From positions 1 to 31,229 of IMG/VR virus record IMGVR_UViG_3300017747_000761: 31,229 nt of DNA, one strand, 5' to 3'. Positions 25,135 to 31,229 of this stretch are shown piece by piece (within the stretch, counting starts at the first letter, position 1; each line of letters opens with the position of its first letter). The translations under genes and the position numbers were made by a program. Source of the DNA: a virus. Taxonomy: Duplodnaviria; Caudoviricetes. The notes below the pieces were generated by a model. The model was not told the origin of the DNA and did no database searches. It saw only the letters and a program-made list of their open reading frames with translations.

Positions 25135-25325
25135 ATGCTTAAGTTAGCGGTCACTAACTATATATGGCTCGGGCAAGGTTCTGCATTCTCTTTTCAGTCT
25201 TTAACTTTATCGTTGTCGTTTCTGTTTTCTTGTTTCCTGTTTCGATTACCTAGAATGCGTTATAGGCTTTCTTGTCTCTCTCTACTAGGCTGTCCATCCT
25301 CGGTTCGCAATCATTTCATCCTGGC

Positions 25326-25625
25326 TCATTCTGGCGCATCCTCGGGGCCGTTTAAGTCTGGTCTCTCTTTGTAACTCTTATCATTCCACCACAGCTTGCG
25401 TAATTGAGAATCATTATTGTTTAGACAAATACTTACGTCTAGGCATTCTCTTGGGTAATGGGGGCGATATCCGAGCCGGTAAAAGTAGGCATAGAAGCTT
25501 AAAACCTCGTGATATCCGCGACTGATATTCCCGTGTCCAGCGGCTAGCAGGATCGCCCGATCAGGTTCGGTGATCCTGCGTTTTAGCCACTTAGAGTCAG
25601 GTTTACTGGGCCTTCCTTTAGGCAT
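25326..25625 (-). CDS. hypothetical protein
   Basis: MPKGRPSKP...RAILLAAGHGNISRG. Overlaps the upstream gene by 8 nt. Confidence 0.6.
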   Translation of the reverse strand: MPKGRPSKPDSKWLKRRITEPDRAILLAAGHGNISRGYHEVLSFYAYFYRLGYRPHYPRECLDVSICLNNNDSQLRKLWWNDKSYKERPDLNGPEDAPE

Positions 25626-25842
25626 CCTGGCTCGCGGTTTCAGTTATTAAACTGTAAACAAATACAGTTTTCGGGCCATTTGATTGGATGGTTTTAGGCA
25701 TTTTTTCCTTTTTTATCTTATTTTTTTTGCCCAAATAATTCAGGATAACGAAGATGTTATTAGTCCCCGTCATCTGCTGCAGCTGCTTCGCAGTGTAATT
25801 CCCACCCTTCAATGCTTCGATGATCTTCTCGGTCTGCGTCAT
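25618..25842 (-). CDS. winged-HTH-like protein
   Basis: IIEALK...TAKQLQQMTG...VFVYSL pattern, ATGA coupling. Confidence 0.65.
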   Translation of the reverse strand: MTQTEKIIEALKGGNYTAKQLQQMTGTNNIFVILNYLGKKNKIKKEKMPKTIQSNGPKTVFVYSLITETASQDA

Positions 25843-26039
25843 TTCAATTTATACCTTTTCACAGTGGTTGACCCATAGCGGGTTTTTACGGGCATCATCT
25901 TGCCTACTATTTCATACCCTTCCTTCCTTAAATCATAAATCCTGCTCGCCAGCCTGGTTATCCCGTATTTCTGATACGCCTCCATTGTCGTTATCGGATG
26001 TTTCTTCAAATGCCGCAATAGACAGTCTGCTTGGGTCAT
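25839..26039 (-). CDS. phage HTH protein
   Basis: ITTMEAYQKYGITRLASRIYDLRKEGYEI motif. Confidence 0.8.
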   Translation of the reverse strand: MTQADCLLRHLKKHPITTMEAYQKYGITRLASRIYDLRKEGYEIVGKMMPVKTRYGSTTVKRYKLK

Positions 26040-26316
26040 TTTTGAGATCCTTTAAACGTTTGTTGTGCTTGTCGTATTGAGATGTAGGGATAAATCCCTC
26101 GATCTCTCCGTTCTTCGTGTAGAACTGGACATACTCATGATCACACGTTCCTTGTTTAATGTTTTTTCTCTGAAAACTCGGCGTGCAATCCTGACAGAAC
26201 CATATATTAAACGGCGGCTTGTAGTATCTGGCGGCTTTCCTCCATTCTGAGAATTGTTCAGGGGTCGTGCATCTTGGGACACGCTTAACATGATGTGCTA
26301 ACAGATCTCGTTTCAT
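25933..26316 (-). CDS. hypothetical Cys-containing protein
   Basis: PRC...FCQDCTP...GTC pattern, ATGA-coupled to the DksA-like gene. Confidence 0.65.
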   Translation of the reverse strand: MKRDLLAHHVKRVPRCTTPEQFSEWRKAARYYKPPFNIWFCQDCTPSFQRKNIKQGTCDHEYVQFYTKNGEIEGFIPTSQYDKHNKRLKDLKNDPSRLSIAAFEETSDNDNGGVSEIRDNQAGEQDL

Positions 26317-26501
26317 TTAAGTTTATATTTGTCTCGGCATGGGGCGCACACACCATCCACCAGCCTCATTGAATGCTCGCCACACAGGTCACAATCACCC
26401 GGGACGCCTTTTTTTAGATCCGATTTCTGTCTTATATACTTAATCGACCGATCTGTTATGTGGTCTTGATACTCATTCGCCCTATCAATTTCATCGCTCA
26501 T
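26313..26501 (-). CDS. TraR/DksA-like C4 zinc-finger protein
   Basis: MSDEIDRANE N-terminus plus CDLCG...CAPC. Confidence 0.7.
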   Translation of the reverse strand: MSDEIDRANEYQDHITDRSIKYIRQKSDLKKGVPGDCDLCGEHSMRLVDGVCAPCRDKYKLK

Positions 26502-26893
26502 AGCTTGCTCAACTTATCTTGATAAAGCTCAATCATATCGTTTAAGTCAGCCCTTGTGTGCTTGACCGAACGATATTTAAGTAACATCAGCTCATCGAAA
26601 ACGGTCTGCCCATACTTTCTGATGATGAACTGCGCGTAATCGTCCTGCCGACCACCCATGAAATGATTACATCGTGTGCATTGCGGGTGAACGTTCCTCT
26701 CGTCCCACCTGATCGACCTGTGCTGACGTTTAACAAAATGCCCCGCATCAACGTCCTTCCAGTAAAACAGCTTCCCGCAGGTGCAGCAGTCTACAGTCCC
26801 GCCGTGATCAGCATCCTTCCTTCTGATGTATTCCGAAAAGATCTTGTCGAGCTTCTTCTCTAGGGCCGATAACGTCGGAAGTTTCTTTTTCAT
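26498..26893 (-). CDS. ninG: NinG/Rap-family recombination endonuclease
   Basis: FSEYIRRKD, CCTCG, DAGHF, RWDERNVHPQCTRCN motifs. Confidence 0.9.
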   Translation of the reverse strand: MKKKLPTLSALEKKLDKIFSEYIRRKDADHGGTVDCCTCGKLFYWKDVDAGHFVKRQHRSIRWDERNVHPQCTRCNHFMGGRQDDYAQFIIRKYGQTVFDELMLLKYRSVKHTRADLNDMIELYQDKLSKL

Positions 26894-27144
26894 AGCTGAT
26901 ACAGTTTAATGATTTTTTCGAGCGCGTCGATATGCTCTTTAATTATCTTCTTGTCTTTAGTAGGGTCGTAGTCAAAGACCCTGACCTTACTTTTAAGGTC
27001 TTTCTTGAACGACTCTAGACAATCAATCATAGACTGTAAAACAATAGCGTCTTTCAGCTCATCACTCAACTGGACCGTGAACGAGTGATAAATGCCTTTC
27101 TTGCGCACCTTCCCTGACAAGAGCAGTGGGGTCTCTCTTTCCAT
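26890..27144 (-). CDS. hypothetical protein
   Basis: ORF is ATGA-coupled to ninG. Start uncertain. Confidence 0.55.
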   Translation of the reverse strand: MERETPLLLSGKVRKKGIYHSFTVQLSDELKDAIVLQSMIDCLESFKKDLKSKVRVFDYDPTKDKKIIKEHIDALEKIIKLYQL

Positions 27145-27287
27145 TTCTGGAACTCTCCGTATCTTTTAGAAAAATGATCTACTAAAGCCTTGCGATAAAC
27201 TTTACATGGCTCTGTAAGGATGAACCGTGTTTTGCATTCCTCACAGTTAAAGTCATATACATGACCTTGTAGATCACAGCTTATCAA
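27066..27287 (-). CDS. hypothetical Cys-rich protein
   Basis: YDFNCEECKTRF...EPCK...HCSC. In the operon after the MazG-like gene. Confidence 0.6.
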   Translation of the reverse strand: MISCDLQGHVYDFNCEECKTRFILTEPCKVYRKALVDHFSKRYGEFQKWKERPHCSCQGRCARKAFITRSRSS

Positions 27288-27603
27288 GTCGCTTCTCTGC
27301 TAACTCATCCGAATATCGATCAGGATATCTTTTAGCTAGTTTTTCGATATTCCGCCTGGCAATTTCGTTTAAGTCAATCCCCAAACACTCGGAAGCTAAC
27401 GCGCAGAACCACATAACATCACCAATTTCTTCCGCAGCGTTCTCGATGTCAAAACCTCGACCGTAGATCTGATGCTTCTTCACGGCGTCTGCGTATTCTC
27501 CGACTTCACCGCAAAGCCCATAAACAGAATGCACAAGGTCGAAAGACTCTCCGAGTGCTTTTTTTGTCTTCATTGCTAAGACTTGATATTCATTTAACTC
27601 CAC
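27274..27603 (-). CDS. MazG-like nucleotide pyrophosphohydrolase
   Basis: GLCGEVGEYADAVKK, EEIGDVMWF and NIEKLAKRYP motifs. GGAGG RBS before GTG. Confidence 0.9.
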   Translation of the reverse strand: MELNEYQVLAMKTKKALGESFDLVHSVYGLCGEVGEYADAVKKHQIYGRGFDIENAAEEIGDVMWFCALASECLGIDLNEIARRNIEKLAKRYPDRYSDELAEKRLDKL

Positions 27604-27769
27604 GACGCACCTCCAGGCATGATTTACAGAGAAAACGGTTAGATTTATTGATGAAGACTAATCCGCCGCCTTCTAACGGACGATGGCAATTACACTTAAA
27701 GCAGAATTTATTGCCCATCTTCTGATCAACAACATCATTTATAGCTTTAATCTGTTTTTTGGTTAGCAT
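27590..27769 (-). CDS. small zinc-finger protein, 59 aa (not in ORF track)
   Basis: MLTKKQ...FCFKCNCHRPLEGG...RFLCKSCLEVRRGVK* fills the operon gap. Confidence 0.7.
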   Translation of the reverse strand: MLTKKQIKAINDVVDQKMGNKFCFKCNCHRPLEGGGLVFINKSNRFLCKSCLEVRRGVK

Positions 27770-28115
27770 TTTTGGTTAGCTTCTTTATTAAGTCATCTAG
27801 CATTTTTTTTGTTTCCGGCGTGTGCTGTGTTTTTTCTTGATACGTCAGCATCAACGCTGGCTTTCTAGGAGGCATGACTCTTATAAGATCCGCTGGAGTT
27901 GGCCAATGATCTATCGTTGCGCACAGCTCCCTAAAAGCGGTTTTGATCCTTTCCGAATCCAGCCTTTGATCCCATGTAACCGGTCGAGATGAAATCACAT
28001 CAAACCACACTTCAACAGTCCCAGGTAGGAGGTCAGTCCCAGGACAGTTCCTTAATCTTAAAGCAGTTAGTCTTTGGATTCCTTCAATGATTTCATTCCG
28101 CAGCCAGTTAGACAT
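27747..28115 (-). CDS. possible helicase loader-like protein
   Basis: Start MSNWLRNE after GAGG. HWPTPADL resembles the F/WPT motif of loader/P-like proteins. Downstream of the initiator-like gene. Confidence 0.5.
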   Translation of the reverse strand: MSNWLRNEIIEGIQRLTALRLRNCPGTDLLPGTVEVWFDVISSRPVTWDQRLDSERIKTAFRELCATIDHWPTPADLIRVMPPRKPALMLTYQEKTQHTPETKKMLDDLIKKLTKNANQKTD

Positions 28116-28320
28116 GAATCCATCCTCTCCGCTGAGTGATGCGCTCAATCGTCCTAACGTGAACCTCGAACTTCTTAGCCAGCATGGAATTGCTTAACTG
28201 TGCGGCCTCGTGTCTTAGCTTCTCACGTTCTTCCACGCACTTAAGAATGAGCTTGGCATCTTCTTCCGTCAGCTTTGACTGCGGAAGTTGACTACCACGG
28301 GCAGGATTAATGGGAGCCAT
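28108..28320 (-). CDS. small HTH protein
   Basis: SKLTEEDAK...LAKKFEVHVRTIERI...WIHV pattern. Confidence 0.7.
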   Translation of the reverse strand: MAPINPARGSQLPQSKLTEEDAKLILKCVEEREKLRHEAAQLSNSMLAKKFEVHVRTIERITQRRGWIHV

Positions 28321-28591
28321 GTTTCATCCTCTCCAGCATGATGATGGCTTCCATCGACTTGGATTTAGGTGAATGCACTTGCACTTCATCATCCCACCGT
28401 TCAGCTCTTAACCAAGTCGCAGGGTAAGGGATGAACTTAGGATTTTCCCAAGTCTCCTTTTGAGCTTCTATCGCACGCAAAATAAAATCCAGCTCTGGCC
28501 GGATCTTTTGTGTTTGCGTCCACGCTTTTCTAGCGTCTCCCTTCGCAATCTTGCGAGGGTATGCTTCCCAGAATTTATCGAAGTCTTCCAT
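28307..28591 (-). CDS. replication initiator C-terminal-like domain protein
   Basis: FDKFWEAYPRKIAKGDARKAW...FIPYPATWLRAERWDDE motif. GGAGG RBS. Confidence 0.75.
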   Translation of the reverse strand: MEDFDKFWEAYPRKIAKGDARKAWTQTQKIRPELDFILRAIEAQKETWENPKFIPYPATWLRAERWDDEVQVHSPKSKSMEAIIMLERMKHGSH

Positions 28592-28615
28592 ATGTCCTCC
28601 GTTTAAGGAATCCGT

Positions 28616-28643
28616 AGATTACTCTTAAATTTAACCTTGTCAA
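28616..28643 (-). promoter_or_regulatory. sigma70 promoter for replication operon
   Basis: TTGACA-N16-TAATCT with an upstream A-tract. Confidence 0.65.
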
Positions 28644-28654
28644 TCTTTTTTTTA

Positions 28655-29009
28655 ATAGACCAACCACGAAACTGGCGTTTCGGTGACTCATCCATACTTC
28701 GGATATGCAAGGTGTCGTATCAAGTAACCACTCTCTGAACGCTGGCCTTGACCAGTTGGTTCGGGTATGGCAGGTGTCTTCCCTGGCTCCGCAGCTACTT
28801 ATCCTGCGGCCTCTACCCCGACTGTTGCCTTCTTACTTACGCACTGGCTTTTCGTGCGGCCAATGAAAAAACCCTTACTGCTGGGTTCAGGTCGCGGTGG
28901 AGATGGGCGCAAACAGGAGGTAAGTCGCACATCAAGACCGAAACCCATGAGTAAGGGTTCTACCTCCTGTTCACGCCCCACCACAGAGCGACCTGTTTTT
29001 TTCACAGGC
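28655..29009 (-). ncRNA. candidate structured leader / non-coding RNA (CI/C4-like)
   Basis: Own promoter, many nested complementary segments, no convincing ORF. Details in findings. Confidence 0.55.
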
Positions 29010-29015
29010 AAAAGG

Positions 29016-29044
29016 ATTGTCTATCATCATCCATCTGTCTGCAA
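29016..29044 (-). promoter_or_regulatory. leftward sigma70 promoter
   Basis: TTGCAG-N17-GACAAT. Confidence 0.55.
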
Positions 29045-29064
29045 GTTATTTTTCATCTTTTTTA

Positions 29065-29077
29065 TAAACTATTGATT
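29065..29077 (-). promoter_or_regulatory. IHF binding site
   Basis: AATCAATAGTTTA is an exact match to WATCAANNNNTTR, in AT-rich DNA between divergent promoters. Confidence 0.65.
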
Positions 29078-29095
29078 ACTAACATAAAATAAATG

Positions 29096-29124
29096 TTGAC
29101 AGACATGATTTAACTGTTTACCAT
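29096..29124 (+). promoter_or_regulatory. rightward sigma70 promoter
   Basis: TTGACA-N17-TACCAT with an upstream A-rich UP-like element. Confidence 0.75.
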
Positions 29125-29171
29125 GCCTCCACGGTCGAAACCTGAAGACCGGATGAAAAACAGGAGATAGC

Positions 29172-29366
29172 ATGAACTGCACTTGCAGTGCTTATAAATT
29201 CCCGCACCGTCCTGGCAGCGGGGTATGCAATATACCTGAGTGTGCTGACTGCGAATTCGTGAACATTGTTCACGATCCGTTCGCTACTGGCGACCATTTT
29301 TATTACGAGCTGGAATGCACTCTGCATAAATGTCCGTGGAACAAATTTGGAGGCAACAATGGTTGA
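29172..29366 (+). CDS. small Cys/His-rich protein
   Basis: AGGAG RBS. CTCSAYKFPHRPGSGVC motif plus a second Cys cluster. Confidence 0.75.
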   Translation: MNCTCSAYKFPHRPGSGVCNIPECADCEFVNIVHDPFATGDHFYYELECTLHKCPWNKFGGNNG

Positions 29367-29529
29367 AGTAACTTTCGCTGGAGAAGTAACAAGGGTAGTC
29401 AAGAATCAAAACCCAGAGGGCGCTGCTGGCCCGTATGTCCGCATCACAATTACGGACAATGGGGTGGATTCAGAGCTGTGGATTTTCACCAAAGACTTGT
29501 CTGCGTTTAACGAAAAGGAAGAAGCATGA
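29359..29529 (+). CDS. hypothetical protein, 56 aa
   Basis: GGAGG before ATG at 29359 (MVEVTFAGEV). ATGA-coupled to the ERF gene. Confidence 0.7.
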   Translation: MVEVTFAGEVTRVVKNQNPEGAAGPYVRITITDNGVDSELWIFTKDLSAFNEKEEA

Positions 29530-30077
29530 AAGAGATCTCATCTGCACTGGTAAAGGCTCAAAAAGAATTTGGGCCCGCCCTGAAGACTTCGACTAACCCG
29601 CACTTCCGCAGCAGGTATGCGGATCTGTCTGCGTGTGTCGAGGCTGTGATTGACGCCTTGAACAACAACGGAATCATGCTGATGCAATTCACGCATCCTT
29701 GTGATAACGGGGTGATCGTAGAAACCATCTTCATGCACGAGTCTGGCGAGCATGTATCAGGCGGTCGTCTGCATGTTCCAGCTTCAAAGCAAGATCCCCA
29801 GGGCTATGGTAGTGCTTTGACCTATGCCCGTCGCTACAGCCTACAGGCGGCTTGTGGGATTGCGCCAGAAGACGATGACGGTAATGCGGCATCCAAGCCT
29901 AAAGCATCAGTAGTCGTTGAAAAGAAAGAAACAGACCGCGACCATGATGTCCTGAAATTTATGCTTGAGTCCTGCGAAAACCTGAATGAACTGAAGGAAA
30001 TCTATCAAAAGATGACGCCTTCAGAACGAGCTGCTGTCGCAGACGTTAAAGACGCCATGAAAGGAAAACTTCAGTGA
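29526..30077 (+). CDS. erf: ERF-family single-strand annealing protein
   Basis: NPHFRSRYADL and PQGYGSALTYARRYSL...GIAPEDDDG signature. Confidence 0.93.
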   Translation: MKEISSALVKAQKEFGPALKTSTNPHFRSRYADLSACVEAVIDALNNNGIMLMQFTHPCDNGVIVETIFMHESGEHVSGGRLHVPASKQDPQGYGSALTYARRYSLQAACGIAPEDDDGNAASKPKASVVVEKKETDRDHDVLKFMLESCENLNELKEIYQKMTPSERAAVADVKDAMKGKLQ

Positions 30078-30712
30078 GAGAAGCCAATCAGCTCCAGAAC
30101 ACCGGAGAATGGCACTCAGAGCGTACAGGGAAGCTCACGGCTTCCCGTATGTCTGCTGCTATGTCATTCCTCAAAGCAAAGCCTGGCAAGAAGCCAGAGG
30201 ACTCCTCAAAGCGGTGGGATCTGAAGAAGGAAATACTGCTGGAGCGCCTGACTAACAGGATCGTCCCAAAGTATGTAAATGATGCAATGCAACACGGCAT
30301 TGAGCATGAGCCGATTGCGAAGGATGCTTTCGAGCAGCACACGGGTCTTTTGATCCAAGACGTTGGGTTTGTCAATCATCCTACTATCGAAAACTTCGGA
30401 GCTTCTCCTGACGGCCTGACTTCAGACGGAGGTCTTATCGAAGTCAAATGCCCGACAGAAAAAACGATGCTGGAGTATTTACTTAATGATGAAGTTCCTT
30501 CAGACTATAAAGCGCAGATGATTGTTCAATGTCTATGCACTGGTCGAGACTTCGTTCATTTTGTTGCGTTCGATCCTAGACTCCCAGGAGGAATGCAACT
30601 GTTTCACAAGATTTACAAGCCCACGCAGGAAGAAAAAAAAGAGGTTGAGCAAGCTGCAATCCAGTTCCTCGATGAAGTAGACGAGATGTTTTATCAATTG
30701 ACTCATAGGTGA
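30074..30712 (+). CDS. YqaJ / lambda-exonuclease family nuclease
   Basis: WHSERTGKLTAS, GIEHEP, GASPDG, IEVKCP and YKAQ motifs. Confidence 0.93.
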   Translation: MREANQLQNTGEWHSERTGKLTASRMSAAMSFLKAKPGKKPEDSSKRWDLKKEILLERLTNRIVPKYVNDAMQHGIEHEPIAKDAFEQHTGLLIQDVGFVNHPTIENFGASPDGLTSDGGLIEVKCPTEKTMLEYLLNDEVPSDYKAQMIVQCLCTGRDFVHFVAFDPRLPGGMQLFHKIYKPTQEEKKEVEQAAIQFLDEVDEMFYQLTHR

Positions 30713-30715
30713 TAT

Positions 30716-30973
30716 ATGGCATACGAAATGAAACCAGGCGAAGGTTCCGCGTTCCTCAACGAGAAGAAGGAAGACTGGCACGCAGACTTCCGAGGGAAAG
30801 TAGTCCTTCCGGATGGCAAGACTCACTACCTTGACGTTTATAACAAAACCGACAGAAACGGAAACAAGTTTATCCGTATGAAGATCGGCAAAGAAGTCAT
30901 GGGCCGGACTGAAAACGCCCCGAGTAAAGACAACGGAACCGTAGGCGCGATGAAGGATGACATACCGTGGTAA
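30716..30973 (+). CDS. SSB-like protein (DUF736-like)
   Basis: GSAFLNEKK...ADFRG pattern and acidic DDIPW tail, after the recombination genes. Confidence 0.65.
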   Translation: MAYEMKPGEGSAFLNEKKEDWHADFRGKVVLPDGKTHYLDVYNKTDRNGNKFIRMKIGKEVMGRTENAPSKDNGTVGAMKDDIPW

Positions 30974-31146
30974 AGCACGAACTCATCGCAGATAGACTCA
31001 GGGACGTTATTAAAAATCTGTGCGAAGAACTAAGGGTGGCCGCAGATGTTATTAGAGTCTTGGAAGAAAAAACAAACGACCATTCAGATCATGCAGCAAA
31101 ACTTGAGGAAATCTCAAATGACGCACTCTCAAAGCTATACCGATAA
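30967..31146 (+). CDS. hypothetical protein, 59 aa (not in ORF track)
   Basis: GTG start, VKHELIADRLRD...ALSKLYR*, overlapping both neighbours. Confidence 0.55.
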   Translation: MVKHELIADRLRDVIKNLCEELRVAADVIRVLEEKTNDHSDHAAKLEEISNDALSKLYR

Positions 31147-31229
31147 ACTTGAATCCGCGAAGCAATACCTTAAAGCACGTGGAATAGATGTGACGGATCG
31201 GAACTGCAAGTTCCGTCCGACAGCTTCGC
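31118..31229 (+). CDS. hypothetical protein, truncated at window end
   Basis: GAGG RBS then MTHSQSYTDKLESAKQYLKARG..., open to the end of the window. Confidence 0.6.
   Translation, partial: MTHSQSYTDKLESAKQYLKARGIDVTDRNCKFRPTAS

Noticed and set aside
24438-25154. 238-aa minus-strand ORF
   Set aside because: Antisense to the plus-strand cassette, which has a promoter, RBSs and a terminator. GC-rich DNA explains the lack of stops.
28748-29075. ORFs 28748-28954, 28767-29075 and 28799-29011
   Set aside because: No well-spaced RBS, atypical composition, and they overlap promoters and extensive base-pairing. A short leader peptide cannot be fully excluded.
1-31229. Window is a complete circular genome, since the ORF at 31118 stays open across the join to base 89
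   Set aside because: A different frame at the window start (FTGTCDCC...TQPRDY, TAATG-coupled) looks like the real gene end and has no start codon across the join. Sequence is probably missing between the ends.

Overview
The window holds most of the genome of a tailed dsDNA phage with P22-like (podovirus-type) gene organisation. The host is probably a proteobacterium; Betaproteobacteria is an inference only. A long minus-strand late region (23765 down to 339) runs: TerS, TerL, portal, an inserted fibre module, scaffold, major capsid, decoration protein, small basic proteins, an AT-rich homing-type endonuclease, tail tube proteins, tail fibre, three probable ejection proteins, holin and lysozyme, and a metallophosphoesterase. 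Upstream of terS is a ~420-bp non-coding stretch dense in host transcription-factor-like sites (Fur, sigma54, TetR-like, response-regulator-like). It is followed by a short plus-strand cassette encoding an acidic ArdA-like protein and two hydrophobic micropeptides. A minus-strand replication/nin-type operon (28591 down to 25326) and a plus-strand recombination operon (ERF, YqaJ exonuclease, SSB-like) diverge from a control region. That region contains no repressor gene, but has an IHF site and a ~350-nt highly structured leader with alternative pairings resembling the P4 CI / P1 C4 RNAs. No integrase, DNA polymerase, tRNA or CRISPR array is seen. The window ends are probably not contiguous. 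All family assignments come from motif recognition, not database searches.
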